From: Escherichia coli
GTDB taxonomy: Bacteria > Pseudomonadota > Gammaproteobacteria > Enterobacterales > Enterobacteriaceae
NCBI RefSeq assembly: GCF_013122565.1
Contig: NZ_CP053258.1
DNA length: 64,000 bases
Strand: one strand, 5' to 3'
The notes below the pieces were generated by a model that saw nothing but the letters and a program-made list of their open reading frames with translations, made no database searches and was not told the origin of the DNA. Positions 43,554 to 54,880 of this stretch are shown here, in pieces. A program made the position numbers and the translations under genes. Within the stretch, counting starts at the first letter, position 1; the number at the start of each line of letters is the position of its first letter.

Positions 43554-43606
43554 AAGTACTCCTTAGACGATGAGCGGCGGCGCGTTCGGACGCCGCCTGG
43601 ATGTTA

Positions 43607-44347
<741 letters not shown>

Positions 44348-44441
44348 TTATCTTTTTGATTTATAAAGATCTGATTGAAGAATCAACAGCAACATGCCAG
44401 GATGAGTTAGCGAATTACACTAACAAGTGGCGAATTTCATC

Positions 44442-45419
44442 ATGGCAGAATACAAAGATAATTTACTTGGTGAGGCGAACAGCTTTCTCGAAGTGCTGGA
44501 ACAGGTTTCGCATCTCGCACCGCTGGACAAACCGGTGCTCATCATCGGCGAACGCGGCACCGGTAAAGAGCTGATTGCCAGCCGCCTGCATTATCTCTCC
44601 TCCCGTTGGCAAGGGCCGTTTATTTCCCTTAACTGCGCGGCGTTAAATGAAAATCTGCTGGATTCCGAACTGTTTGGTCACGAAGCGGGGGCGTTTACCG
44701 GTGCGCAAAAACGTCATCCTGGGAGATTTGAACGTGCCGACGGCGGTACGCTATTTCTTGATGAACTCGCTACGGCACCGATGATGGTGCAGGAGAAATT
44801 ATTGCGCGTGATTGAGTACGGTGAACTGGAGCGCGTTGGCGGCAGCCAGCCATTGCAGGTGAATGTGCGGTTGGTATGCGCGACGAATGCCGATCTCCCG
44901 GCGATGGTCAATGAAGGTACTTTTCGCGCTGACCTGCTCGACCGGCTGGCTTTCGATGTAGTGCAACTGCCGCCCCTGCGCGAGCGCGAAAGCGACATTA
45001 TGCTGATGGCAGAACACTTTGCCATTCAGATGTGTCGGGAAATCAAGCTGCCTCTGTTCCCGGGGTTTACGGAGCGCGCCAGAGAAACATTGCTGAATTA
45101 TCGCTGGCCGGGAAATATTCGTGAATTGAAAAACGTGGTGGAACGTTCGGTGTATCGCCACGGCACCAGCGATTATCCGCTTGATGACATCATTATTGAT
45201 CCCTTTAAACGGCGTCCACCTGAAGAAGCCATCGCCGTTTCAGAAAACACCTCGCTTCCGACGCTGCCGCTGGATTTACGCGAGTTTCAGATGCAGCAGG
45301 AAAAAGAGTTGCTGCAACTCAGTTTGCAACAAGGGAAATATAACCAGAAGCGCGCAGCTGAATTGCTGGGGTTAACCTACCATCAGTTCCGCGCGTTGCT
45401 GAAAAAACACCAGATTTAG
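44442..45419 (+). CDS. pspF: sigma54 enhancer-binding activator PspF (325 aa)
   Basis: AAA+ core with GERGTGKE and GAFTGA motifs, no receiver domain, C-terminal HTH. Matches remembered PspF. Confidence 0.96.
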   Translation: MAEYKDNLLGEANSFLEVLEQVSHLAPLDKPVLIIGERGTGKELIASRLHYLSSRWQGPFISLNCAALNENLLDSELFGHEAGAFTGAQKRHPGRFERADGGTLFLDELATAPMMVQEKLLRVIEYGELERVGGSQPLQVNVRLVCATNADLPAMVNEGTFRADLLDRLAFDVVQLPPLRERESDIMLMAEHFAIQMCREIKLPLFPGFTERARETLLNYRWPGNIRELKNVVERSVYRHGTSDYPLDDIIIDPFKRRPPEEAIAVSENTSLPTLPLDLREFQMQQEKELLQLSLQQGKYNQKRAAELLGLTYHQFRALLKKHQI

Positions 45420-45440
45420 CAAAGTTGGGCAATGCGATTC

Positions 45441-45522
45441 GCCGGATGCGGCGTGAATGCCTTATCCGGCATACATAATCAATACGTCGTTTGCAGGCCT
45501 GATAAGCGCAGCGTATCAGGCA
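45441..45522. repeat. BIME (two REP units) between convergent pspF and puuE
   Basis: GCCGGATGCGGCGTGAATGCCTTATCCGGCATAC and GCAGGCCTGATAAGCGCAGCGTATCAGGCA. Confidence 0.85.
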
Positions 45523-45549
45523 TTATTGCGTTGCCCCTGCTTCTGCGTA

Positions 45550-46815
45550 TTAGTCTCTCAGCGCATCCTGCAAAATTTTCATGGCCGCATCGAACTGCGC
45601 ATCCGGGATGGTTAGCGGATACAGAAAACGAATCACGTTGCCGTATGCGCCACAGGTCAGCAGAAGCAGCCCCTGCGCCAGCGCGCGTTGCTGGATTTTC
45701 TGCGCAATCGCCGCTGACGGTTCGCCCGTTTGCGGATCGTTAAACTCAGCCGCGATCATAGACCCCAGACCGCGTACCGCCGCGATGGCCGGAACGCTTT
45801 CTTTGGCATCAATCAGCGTGTTTGTCAGACGCTGGCCCAGTTGATTCGCGCGTTCGCAGAGTGATTCTTTGTCGATAATGTTGAGCACCGCGTGCGCGGC
45901 AGCCACCGCCAGCGGGTTCCCGGCGTAGGTGCCACCCAACCCGCCCGGCGCGGGCGCGTCCATAATATTCGCGTTACCGACCACGCCCGAAAGCGGCATC
46001 CCGCCCGCGAGGCTTTTCGCCATCGTCATTAAGTCCGGCTTATCGGCGTAATGATCCATGGCAAACAGTTTACCGGTACGCGCAAAGCCGCTTTGCACTT
46101 CATCGGCAATCATCACAATACCGTGCTCGTCGCACAGGCGGCGAATGGCGGCAACCAGCTCTTTTGGCGCAACGTTGAAACCGCCCTCGCCCTGCACCGG
46201 TTCGAAAATAATGGCCGCGACCTGCTTCGCTTCGATGTCTGATTTAAACAAGCGTTCGATGGCGTCGAGGGAGTCCTGTGTTGAAATGCCGTGTAAATCT
46301 GACGGATAAGGTACGTGATACACCGAACCAGGGAACGGGCCGAAGCCGATTTTGTACGGCGCAACTTTTCCGGTCAGCGCCATGGTCATATATGTACGAC
46401 CGTGGAAGCCACCGCTAAACGCAATCACGCCAGGTCGTCCGGTATGGGCGCGAGCAATTTTCACCGCGTTTTCCACCGCTTCCGCACCGGTAGTGAAGAA
46501 TGCGGTTTTAGCCTGCCCGCTCACTGGGGCAAGGGCGTTAATTTTCTCCGCCAGCGTGACGTAGCTTTCGTACGGCACAATCTGATACGCCGTGTGGGTA
46601 AACTGTTGCAATTGCTGCTCCACCGCCGCGACCAGATCAGGGTGGCGATGCCCGGTATTCAGCACCGCAATGCCTGCGGCGAAATCGATGTATTCGTTGC
46701 CCTCTACGTCCTTCAGCGTAGCGTTTTCTGCCGACTGGGCGAAGAAGTTACACATCACGCCAACCCCGCGTGGGGTAGCAGAAAGACGACGCTGATGGAA
46801 TTCATTGTTGCTCAT
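45550..46815 (-). CDS. puuE: 4-aminobutyrate aminotransferase PuuE (421 aa)
   Basis: Class III PLP aminotransferase. Matches remembered PuuE/GoaG. Confidence 0.95.
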   Translation of the reverse strand: MSNNEFHQRRLSATPRGVGVMCNFFAQSAENATLKDVEGNEYIDFAAGIAVLNTGHRHPDLVAAVEQQLQQFTHTAYQIVPYESYVTLAEKINALAPVSGQAKTAFFTTGAEAVENAVKIARAHTGRPGVIAFSGGFHGRTYMTMALTGKVAPYKIGFGPFPGSVYHVPYPSDLHGISTQDSLDAIERLFKSDIEAKQVAAIIFEPVQGEGGFNVAPKELVAAIRRLCDEHGIVMIADEVQSGFARTGKLFAMDHYADKPDLMTMAKSLAGGMPLSGVVGNANIMDAPAPGGLGGTYAGNPLAVAAAHAVLNIIDKESLCERANQLGQRLTNTLIDAKESVPAIAAVRGLGSMIAAEFNDPQTGEPSAAIAQKIQQRALAQGLLLLTCGAYGNVIRFLYPLTIPDAQFDAAMKILQDALRD

Positions 46816-46852
46816 GTTTCACACCTTTTGACTCTTCACTGTTAATCGGAAA

Positions 46853-48133
46853 TTAAACGCCCAGACGATCGCGCAGGCTGTAATAAGCCGCGCCCATCGC
46901 GGTAAATGGCACGCGCAGCGTGCGCCCGCCGGGAAACGGGTAATGCGGCAGATTGGCGAAGGCATCGAAACGTTCGGCGTCGCCGCGCAGCAGTTCGGCA
47001 ATCAGACGCCCGGCAAGATGGGTACAGGTGACGCCGTGGCCGCTGTAGCCCTGCATGTAATAGATGTTGGTATCAAGGCGACCGAACTGCGGCATGCGCG
47101 ACAAGGTCAGCAGGAAGTTGCCCGTCCAGCGGTAATCAATTTTCACGCCCTTCAGCTGCGGGAAGGTTTTCAGCAGTTTCGGCACCACAAGGCGCTCAAC
47201 GTCATCCGGGTCGCGCGCGCCGTAGACCACGCCGCCGCCGTACAGCAGGCGGTTGTCGGCGGTAAGACGGTAGTAATCAAGCAGATAGTTACAGTCTTCC
47301 ACACAGTAGTTTTTCGGGATCAGCGAACGGGCTAAATCTTCCGACAGCCGTTCGGTGGTGATCACCTGCGTGCCGCACGGCATGCTGCGTTTCGCCAGTT
47401 CCGGCTCTACTTTATCGCCCAGATACGCATTCCCGGCGACAATCACATACTTCGCCGTCACCTGACCTTTGGCAGTTCGCACAACGGCTGGCGTGGTGTG
47501 CTGGATCTGCGTCACGGCAGAAAGTTCATACACGCGCCCGCCGTTGAGGCGGATGGCGTCGGCTTCACCAATGGCGAGGTTCAACGGGTGAATATGCCCG
47601 CCGCTGTGATCAAGCAGCGCGCCGGTATAGCGATCGCTGGCGACCTCGCGGCGAATGGCGTTGGCGTCCAGCAGTTCCAGCTGTTTATTGCCGTAGCGTT
47701 CCCAGTTCTCTTTCTGCTCTTCAAGTGTGGCGAGTTGTTTATCATTCATCGCCACAAACAGGCCGCCGGGGCGGTAGTCGCAGTCAATCTGATAACGTTT
47801 GATACGTTCGCGGATGATCTCGCCGCCTTCAAACATCATGCTGCCGAGCATACGGGCGGTATCCATGCCGTAGCTTTTTTCGATAACGTCGATGTCGCGG
47901 CTGTAGGAGTTCACAAGCTGCCCGCCGTTGCGCCCGCTGGCACCAAAGCCGATGCGTGAGGCTTCGAGAACCACTACGTCAAAGCCCGCTTCCGCCAGAT
48001 GCAACGCGGAGGAAAGCCCGGTATAGCCGCCGCCGACCACGCAAACGTCGCAGGAAATCGACTCATTCAGCGTGTCGAAAGGCGCATATTTATTCGCACT
48101 GGCGGCGTAGTAACTGCTGGTATGTTCGGTCAT
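46853..48133 (-). CDS. puuB: gamma-Glutamylputrescine oxidase PuuB (426 aa)
   Basis: FAD motif VVGGGYTG. Matches remembered PuuB. Confidence 0.95.
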   Translation of the reverse strand: MTEHTSSYYAASANKYAPFDTLNESISCDVCVVGGGYTGLSSALHLAEAGFDVVVLEASRIGFGASGRNGGQLVNSYSRDIDVIEKSYGMDTARMLGSMMFEGGEIIRERIKRYQIDCDYRPGGLFVAMNDKQLATLEEQKENWERYGNKQLELLDANAIRREVASDRYTGALLDHSGGHIHPLNLAIGEADAIRLNGGRVYELSAVTQIQHTTPAVVRTAKGQVTAKYVIVAGNAYLGDKVEPELAKRSMPCGTQVITTERLSEDLARSLIPKNYCVEDCNYLLDYYRLTADNRLLYGGGVVYGARDPDDVERLVVPKLLKTFPQLKGVKIDYRWTGNFLLTLSRMPQFGRLDTNIYYMQGYSGHGVTCTHLAGRLIAELLRGDAERFDAFANLPHYPFPGGRTLRVPFTAMGAAYYSLRDRLGV

Positions 48134-48134
48134 T

Positions 48135-49622
48135 TCAGGCCTCCAGGCTTATCCAGATGGTTTTCAGTTCAGTGAATTTTTCAAGGGCATGCAGGGATTT
48201 GTCTCGACCGTTGCCGCTCTGCTTATAGCCGCCAAACGGCACGGTCATATCGCCATCGTTATAGTTATTGACGAAGACGGAACCGGCTTTCAGGCGACGG
48301 CTCATACGGTGGGCGCGGGAGAGATCGCGCGTCCACACCGCCGCGCCGAGGCCATACTGGCTGTCATTGGCAAGCTGTAGCGCCTGATCTTCTGATGTGA
48401 AACGGGTGACCACCAGCACCGGGCCGAAAATCTCTTCGCGGCTTAAGGACGCATTCGGGTCCACATCCACAAAGATGGTCGGGCCAATGGCCGCCGCCAG
48501 CCCGGCGTTACGACCATCCAGCAGCAGTTGCCCTTTGCCTTCGCCTTCACGAATAAAGCCATGCACCGAGTCAGCATGAGCGCTGTCGATTAAGGTGCCC
48601 ATGGTGGTTGCGGGGTCGAGCGGATGCCCCGGCTGCCAGTTTTGCGCCTGCTGTTTTAACAGGGCTAAGAATTCATCGGCGATGCTCTCTTCCAGCAACA
48701 GGCGCGTTCCGGCGATACACACCTGCCCCTGGTTGTAGAAAATGCCCGCTGCGGTGGCGCTCGCCGCTTTTTGAAGATCCGGGCAGTCGGCAAAAACGAT
48801 GTTGGCGCTTTTGCCACCGGCTTCCAGCCAGACGCGTTTCATGTTGCTGTCGCCTGCGTCTTTCAGCAGCTGTTTCCCGGTACGGGTCGAGCCGGTGAAG
48901 GCGATAACATCGATATCGCCATGGCATGACAGCGCCTGTCCCGCTTCATGACCAAAACCCGTCACCACGTTCAACACACCATCCGGCAAGCCTGCTTCTT
49001 TCGCCAGCCCAGCGAGACGTATCGCACTGAGCGGTGATTTTTCAGACGGTTTCAGGACAACGCTGTTCCCTGCCGCCAGCGCCGGGCCAAGCTTCCAGCA
49101 GGTCAGCAGCAGCGGGAAGTTCCACGGTACTATGGCGGCAATCACGCCGACCGGTTCACGCACGATCATCGCCAGCTCATGGCTACTGGTGGTCGCCACT
49201 TCGCCATACACTTTGTCGATTGCTTCGGCGTACCAGCGAATGGCGCGCGCCGCGCCGGGTATATCATCACGAAGGCTGTGACGAATCGGTTTGCCGGTGT
49301 CGAGGGTTTCCAGCAGCGCCAGTTCTTCGGCGTGGGCTTCCATTAAATCGGCGAGTTTATTCAGCACCGCTTTACGTTTTGCCGGGGCAGCCTGCGACCA
49401 GTCGCCGCGTTCAAATACGCCGTGTGCTGCGCTCACCGCACGGTCGATATCGACGCTCTTGCCGCGCGCAATATTCGCCAGCGGTGCCTGGGTGACCGGA
49501 TCAACGGTTTCAAAGGTTTCATTTTCCGCCGCAGCAGTATATTCACCGTTAATAAATAAGCGGGTTTCAATGGCGAGACTTAACGCTTTATCCTGCCAGT
49601 AAGCCAGATGATGAAAATTCAT
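48135..49622 (-). CDS. puuC: gamma-Glutamyl-gamma-aminobutyraldehyde dehydrogenase PuuC (495 aa)
   Basis: Aldehyde dehydrogenase motifs (EAGGKS, catalytic Cys in GQVCIAG). MNFHHLAYWQDKALSL... matches remembered PuuC/AldH. The track start adds 32 aa. Confidence 0.93.
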   Translation of the reverse strand: MNFHHLAYWQDKALSLAIETRLFINGEYTAAAENETFETVDPVTQAPLANIARGKSVDIDRAVSAAHGVFERGDWSQAAPAKRKAVLNKLADLMEAHAEELALLETLDTGKPIRHSLRDDIPGAARAIRWYAEAIDKVYGEVATTSSHELAMIVREPVGVIAAIVPWNFPLLLTCWKLGPALAAGNSVVLKPSEKSPLSAIRLAGLAKEAGLPDGVLNVVTGFGHEAGQALSCHGDIDVIAFTGSTRTGKQLLKDAGDSNMKRVWLEAGGKSANIVFADCPDLQKAASATAAGIFYNQGQVCIAGTRLLLEESIADEFLALLKQQAQNWQPGHPLDPATTMGTLIDSAHADSVHGFIREGEGKGQLLLDGRNAGLAAAIGPTIFVDVDPNASLSREEIFGPVLVVTRFTSEDQALQLANDSQYGLGAAVWTRDLSRAHRMSRRLKAGSVFVNNYNDGDMTVPFGGYKQSGNGRDKSLHALEKFTELKTIWISLEA

Positions 49623-49771
49623 TATGACTCCTGTTTCACGTCTATCAGATATATGCAGTTTGTGAACGTCAGGGCGCAGAGATCCCCGGGCCGTATGCCC
49701 GTTTATTTCTGGCGACATTCTTTATGGATTGCCGGGCGCATTGCGCTTACCCGGCTTACAGAACAAAAAGA

Positions 49772-50329
49772 TTAAAACGTGGTGGGCGTATGGGCGCTGA
49801 TAATTCGGCAAATACCTGCCGACGTATTACTGAAACTGTGCGGGATGCCGGTATTAATGGCATAACTTTGCCCCGCGACGAGATGATAATCCTGACCATT
49901 AATCGTCAGAACAATTTCACCTTCCAGTACAGTGCCTATTTCCTCACCCTGATGCTTAATTCTTTCCCCGGTGGTTGTGCCAGGCTGGTAAGTTTCAAAG
50001 ATCATCGCCAGCGTGCGATTCGGGTTACCGTTATGAACCAGCTTCATTGACACACCCTGACTGCCCATCTCAATTAAATCGTCCTGATTAATGACGACCT
50101 GCGGCTCATCAGGTTTTTCCGGCTCGGAAAAGAATTCCGAGAGTGACAGACCATACACCTTCAGCAGCTTTTGCAGCGTACTGATGGCAGGGCTGACTTT
50201 ATCTTGTTCTATCGTACTGATAGCACTGTGAGTCAGCCCGGAGAGTTCGGCGGCACGACGTTGTGAAAGCCCCTGCTGCTGGCGGATTTCCGACAAGCGT
50301 TTTCCTGGCGCCAGTCCCTCATCACTCAT
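49772..50329 (-). CDS. puuR: Putrescine-utilisation repressor PuuR (HTH_XRE plus cupin, 185 aa)
   Basis: Matches remembered PuuR. Confidence 0.95.
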   Translation of the reverse strand: MSDEGLAPGKRLSEIRQQQGLSQRRAAELSGLTHSAISTIEQDKVSPAISTLQKLLKVYGLSLSEFFSEPEKPDEPQVVINQDDLIEMGSQGVSMKLVHNGNPNRTLAMIFETYQPGTTTGERIKHQGEEIGTVLEGEIVLTINGQDYHLVAGQSYAINTGIPHSFSNTSAGICRIISAHTPTTF

Positions 50330-50355
50330 ATTTGCATTTCCTTAAACTGTAGTGG

Positions 50356-51120
50356 TCAGAGTCGCTGTTTTTCAGCGATATGGTGCTGACAAGCGGTGAT
50401 AAAGCCCTCGAACAATATACGCGAAAGCGCGTACTCGCTACTGTTCCATTCCGGGTGCCACTGTACGCCCAGCGCAAAAGGATGATTGATGACGCTCACC
50501 GCCTCAACTAAGCCATCCGGCGAGCGAGCTTCAACACGCAACCGTGGGCTAACGACCTTCGCCCCTTGTCCATGCAGAGAGTTTACCCAAAAGTTGCTAC
50601 ATTCAGGTAACAACGCAGACAGCAATCCCCCCTCTTCAACCTGAACTTCATGCGACGGTGCATATTGCTGTTCCACCGGCAGTTCGGGATCTTCCCGATG
50701 TTCCAGCAATTCAGGCTGTTCGCACAGCTTGCGATGCAACGAACCACCGGTTGCCACCACCAGTTCCTGTAAACCCCGGCAGATGGCGAAAATGGGGATG
50801 CGCCTTTCGAGTGCGGCATTAATTAACGCCATGCTCAGAAGATCACGCCCGGGATCGGCGTCAGGCTCATCGCCGTTTTCACCATATAGGTGCGGCTGCA
50901 CATTGCTGGGACTACCAGGAAGATAAATACCATCGAGTTTCGGCAAAAGTTGTTCAAGTAATGACGGTTCCGCCAGCGCATGTGGCAGCGCAATCGGCAA
51001 ACCGCCCGCGTGGATGATGGCATTCAGGTACTTTTCTTGCAGAGTCTGGGTCGTATGACCCTTAAGCCTGTTCCTGCACATTACGACACCGATAACCGGA
51101 TTGTTCATTATATTTTCCAT
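50356..51120 (-). CDS. puuD: gamma-Glutamyl-GABA hydrolase PuuD (254 aa)
   Basis: Class I glutamine-amidotransferase-like protein with catalytic Cys in the AICRG context. MENIMNNPVIGVVMCRN... matches remembered PuuD. Confidence 0.93.
   Translation of the reverse strand: MENIMNNPVIGVVMCRNRLKGHTTQTLQEKYLNAIIHAGGLPIALPHALAEPSLLEQLLPKLDGIYLPGSPSNVQPHLYGENGDEPDADPGRDLLSMALINAALERRIPIFAICRGLQELVVATGGSLHRKLCEQPELLEHREDPELPVEQQYAPSHEVQVEEGGLLSALLPECSNFWVNSLHGQGAKVVSPRLRVEARSPDGLVEAVSVINHPFALGVQWHPEWNSSEYALSRILFEGFITACQHHIAEKQRL
51102..51116 (-). promoter_or_regulatory. PuuR operator next to the puuD start codon
   Basis: The minus strand reads AAAATATAATGAACA, identical to the 15-bp PuuR consensus as I remember it. 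Confidence 0.7.
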
Positions 51121-51273
51121 GCTCAATCTCACAAAGTGGACTAAATTATCGCCATTACTGCGCTTTAAATGACCTTTATGTTCAATATTTTTTCAATCTA
51201 GCAGTGGGTTTTCATTTTTGCAAACTCAATTTAACATTTGACAAACATTTAGTTTGCATACAGATTCGAATGG

Positions 51274-51288
51274 TGGTCATTATATTTT
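51274..51288 (-). promoter_or_regulatory. Second PuuR operator, upstream of puuA
   Basis: The minus strand reads AAAATATAATGACCA (14/15 to the first box), same orientation, 172 bp away. Confidence 0.65.
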
Positions 51289-51331
51289 ACGCTTTGATAA
51301 CGAGCGGAAAACAAACCAAAGGCGAAGAATC

Positions 51332-52750
51332 ATGGAAACCAATATCGTTGAAGTAGAGAACTTTGTTCAGCAGTCAGAAGAGAGGCGGGGTAGCGCCTTT
51401 ACGCAGGAAGTGAAACGCTACCTGGAGCGCTACCCGAATACGCAATATGTTGATGTTTTACTTACCGATTTGAATGGTTGTTTTCGTGGAAAACGTATCC
51501 CTGTTTCAAGCCTGAAGAAGTTGGAGAAAGGGTGTTATTTCCCGGCCTCGGTGTTTGCAATGGATATTCTGGGCAACGTAGTAGAAGAAGCTGGCCTGGG
51601 TCAGGAAATGGGTGAGCCGGATCGTACCTGTGTCCCTGTTCTTGGTTCCTTAACCCCTTCTGCCGCCGATCCAGAGTTTATCGGTCAGATGCTCCTGACC
51701 ATGGTCGATGAAGATGGCGCTCCCTTTGACGTTGAGCCGCGGAACGTTCTTAACCGCCTGTGGCAGCAGCTGCGCCAGCGCGGATTGTTCCCGGTCGTAG
51801 CGGTAGAGCTGGAGTTCTATTTACTGGATCGTCAGCGCGACGCTGAAGGGTATCTGCAGCCGCCCTGCGCGCCCGGCACCGATGACCGCAATACACAAAG
51901 CCAGGTTTACTCGGTTGATAACCTCAACCACTTCGCCGATGTGCTCAATGATATTGATGAACTGGCGCAGTTACAGTTAATTCCCGCCGACGGTGCGGTC
52001 GCCGAAGCCTCGCCGGGTCAGTTTGAAATCAATCTTTACCATACCGATAACGTGCTGGAAGCCTGCGATGATGCGCTGGCACTAAAACGCCTGGTGCGTC
52101 TGATGGCAGAAAAGCATAAGATGCACGCCACTTTTATGGCGAAGCCGTATGAAGAGCACGCGGGCAGCGGGATGCATATCCATATCAGTATGCAAAATAA
52201 TCGTGGCGAGAACGTGCTTTCTGACGCGGAAGGCGAAGATTCGCCGCTGCTGAAAAAAATGCTCGCCGGAATGATCGATCTGATGCCGTCATCAATGGCG
52301 TTGCTGGCACCAAACGTGAACTCGTATCGCCGCTTCCAGCCGGGGATGTATGTACCGACGCAGGCGTCGTGGGGCCATAACAACCGCACCGTCGCCCTGC
52401 GTATTCCATGCGGCGATCGCCATAATCACCGCGTGGAATATCGCGTGGCGGGTGCCGATGCCAACCCATATCTGGTGATGGCAGCGATTTTTGCCGGTAT
52501 TTTGCACGGTCTTGATAACGAGCTGCCGTTGCAGGAAGAAGTCGAAGGCAACGGGCTGGAACAGGATGGCTTACCCTTCCCGATTCGCCAGAGCGATGCC
52601 CTGGGTGAGTTTATCGAGAATGATCACCTGCGCCGCTATTTAGGCGAACGGTTTTGCCATGTCTATCACGCCTGTAAAAATGATGAGCTGTTGCAGTTTG
52701 AGCGCCTCATCACAGAAACAGAAATTGAGTGGATGTTGAAAAACGCATAG
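51332..52750 (+). CDS. puuA: Glutamate-putrescine ligase PuuA (472 aa)
   Basis: Glutamine-synthetase fold. METNIVEVENFVQQSEERRG... matches remembered PuuA. Confidence 0.95.
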   Translation: METNIVEVENFVQQSEERRGSAFTQEVKRYLERYPNTQYVDVLLTDLNGCFRGKRIPVSSLKKLEKGCYFPASVFAMDILGNVVEEAGLGQEMGEPDRTCVPVLGSLTPSAADPEFIGQMLLTMVDEDGAPFDVEPRNVLNRLWQQLRQRGLFPVVAVELEFYLLDRQRDAEGYLQPPCAPGTDDRNTQSQVYSVDNLNHFADVLNDIDELAQLQLIPADGAVAEASPGQFEINLYHTDNVLEACDDALALKRLVRLMAEKHKMHATFMAKPYEEHAGSGMHIHISMQNNRGENVLSDAEGEDSPLLKKMLAGMIDLMPSSMALLAPNVNSYRRFQPGMYVPTQASWGHNNRTVALRIPCGDRHNHRVEYRVAGADANPYLVMAAIFAGILHGLDNELPLQEEVEGNGLEQDGLPFPIRQSDALGEFIENDHLRRYLGERFCHVYHACKNDELLQFERLITETEIEWMLKNA

Positions 52751-52751
52751 T

Positions 52752-52770
52752 ACCCCTTGCGGGGTTGTTT
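52752..52770 (+). terminator. Weak terminator after puuA
   Basis: ACCCC-ttgc-GGGGT hairpin followed by TGTTT. Confidence 0.45.
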
Positions 52771-53052
52771 CATCGGCCTGAGCGGAGCCAGGCCTGACAT
52801 TTGCTGGTAATCCAGACATTTCCCGGATGTCGCGTTATGGAGCGCAGGCGGCAACGGGCTTCCGTTAACGATTAAGACTGTGACGAGGAAATGAGATGAT
52901 GCCGATGATTAAATCCCCGCATGGCGCGGGAGGCTGCGTATGCGCCCCTCCTGCGACTGACTGGACTCCGCCCCCTTTGCTTCCCTTGCTAAACAGGTTT
53001 GATTTCAGGTCGACACGACCGCAAACCTTATTACGCAGGGGAGGCAGCAATT

Positions 53053-54438
53053 ATGGCTATTAATTCACCACTGAATATTGCTGCGCAACCCGGCAAAACC
53101 CGTCTGCGAAAATCACTGAAATTGTGGCAGGTTGTGATGATGGGTCTGGCCTATCTCACGCCGATGACTGTGTTCGATACCTTTGGCATTGTATCTGGCA
53201 TTAGCGACGGTCACGTCCCGGCGTCCTATTTGCTGGCGCTGGCGGGCGTGCTGTTTACCGCTATCAGCTACGGCAAACTGGTTCGCCAGTTTCCGGAGGC
53301 CGGTTCGGCCTATACCTACGCGCAAAAGTCGATTAACCCGCACGTCGGATTTATGGTCGGCTGGTCATCGCTGCTGGATTATCTCTTTTTGCCGATGATC
53401 AACGTCTTGTTGGCGAAAATCTATCTCTCCGCCCTCTTCCCGGAAGTGCCGCCGTGGGTGTGGGTGGTAACCTTCGTCGCCATTTTAACCGCCGCGAATC
53501 TGAAGAGCGTCAACCTGGTCGCTAACTTCAATACCCTGTTTGTACTGGTGCAAATCTCCATCATGGTGGTGTTTATCTTCCTGGTGGTTCAGGGACTGCA
53601 TAAAGGAGAAGGCGTTGGCACCGTCTGGTCACTTCAGCCGTTTATCAGCGAGAACGCGCACCTGATCCCGATTATTACCGGGGCGACGATTGTCTGTTTC
53701 TCGTTCCTCGGTTTCGATGCGGTGACCACGCTTTCGGAAGAGACGCCGGACGCCGCACGCGTGATCCCAAAAGCCATCTTCCTGACGGCGGTATACGGCG
53801 GCGTTATCTTTATTGCTGCGTCGTTCTTTATGCAGCTGTTCTTTCCCGATATCAGCCGCTTTAAAGATCCGGATGCCGCACTGCCTGAAATTGCGCTGTA
53901 CGTCGGCGGCAAGCTCTTCCAGTCGATTTTCCTCTGCACCACGTTTGTGAACACGCTAGCGTCTGGCCTGGCTTCACATGCCAGCGTGTCGCGTCTGCTG
54001 TATGTGATGGGGCGTGACAATGTGTTTCCGGAGCGCGTGTTTGGCTATGTGCACCCAAAATGGCGGACTCCGGCACTCAACGTCATTATGGTCGGAATTG
54101 TCGCGATGTCGGCGCTGTTCTTCGATTTAGTTACCGCCACAGCGTTAATTAACTTCGGTGCTCTGGTGGCGTTTACCTTCGTGAATCTGTCGGTGTTTAA
54201 TCATTTCTGGCGGCGTAAAGGAATGAATAAAAGCTGGAAGGATCACTTCCACTATTTGCTGATGCCGCTGGTTGGCGCGCTAACGGTGGGTGTGCTGTGG
54301 GTTAACCTCGAGTCAACGTCACTGACACTCGGTCTGGTATGGGCTTCGTTAGGCGGCGCATATTTGTGGTATCTGATCCGCCGCTATCGCAAAGTGCCGT
54401 TGTATGATGGTGACAGAACGCCGGTGAGCGAAACGTAA
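53053..54438 (+). CDS. puuP: Putrescine importer PuuP (APC family, 461 aa)
   Basis: Twelve-TM amino-acid permease. [28 protein letters not shown]... matches remembered PuuP. Confidence 0.94.
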   Translation: MAINSPLNIAAQPGKTRLRKSLKLWQVVMMGLAYLTPMTVFDTFGIVSGISDGHVPASYLLALAGVLFTAISYGKLVRQFPEAGSAYTYAQKSINPHVGFMVGWSSLLDYLFLPMINVLLAKIYLSALFPEVPPWVWVVTFVAILTAANLKSVNLVANFNTLFVLVQISIMVVFIFLVVQGLHKGEGVGTVWSLQPFISENAHLIPIITGATIVCFSFLGFDAVTTLSEETPDAARVIPKAIFLTAVYGGVIFIAASFFMQLFFPDISRFKDPDAALPEIALYVGGKLFQSIFLCTTFVNTLASGLASHASVSRLLYVMGRDNVFPERVFGYVHPKWRTPALNVIMVGIVAMSALFFDLVTATALINFGALVAFTFVNLSVFNHFWRRKGMNKSWKDHFHYLLMPLVGALTVGVLWVNLESTSLTLGLVWASLGGAYLWYLIRRYRKVPLYDGDRTPVSET

Positions 54439-54571
54439 TAGTCGGATGCGCGGCGCATTATCCTGCCTGAGGGTAATGCACCGCGCCATTAACTATAAAA
54501 AGATGTATGACCCGGATCACGAGTGCTATCATCCGCCCTTATGCTTAGCGCATTAACCCCAGGGGCAAATA

Positions 54572-54817
54572 ATGAACCACGATATCCCGCTAAAATATTT
54601 TGATATTGCCGATGAGTACGCGACCGAATGCGCAGAGCCTGTCGCAGACGCTGAACGCACACCGCTGGCCCACTACTTCCAGTTACTGCTCACCCGTTTG
54701 ATGAACAATGAAGAGATCAGCGAAGAAGCCCAACATGAAATGGCTGCTGAAGCGGGGATTAATCCCGTACGCATTGATGAGATCGCAGAGTTTTTGAATC
54801 AATGGGGTAATGAGTAA
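54572..54817 (+). CDS. ymjA: DUF2543 protein YmjA (81 aa)
   Basis: [24 protein letters not shown]... matches remembered YmjA. Confidence 0.85.
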   Translation: MNHDIPLKYFDIADEYATECAEPVADAERTPLAHYFQLLLTRLMNNEEISEEAQHEMAAEAGINPVRIDEIAEFLNQWGNE

Positions 54818-54850
54818 TTATTTAATTGCAGACGATCGGTCAGTATCGTT

Positions 54851-54880
54851 GCCCGGATAAAGCGTTCACGCTGCATCCGG
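54851..54880. repeat. Single REP unit
   Basis: GCCCGGATAAAGCGTTCACGCTGCATCCGG. Confidence 0.7.

Noticed and set aside
52865-53050. 61-aa minus-strand ORF in the puuA-puuP spacer.
   Set aside because: No SD, and it lies in the promoter/5'-UTR region of puuP. It is probably a chance ORF.
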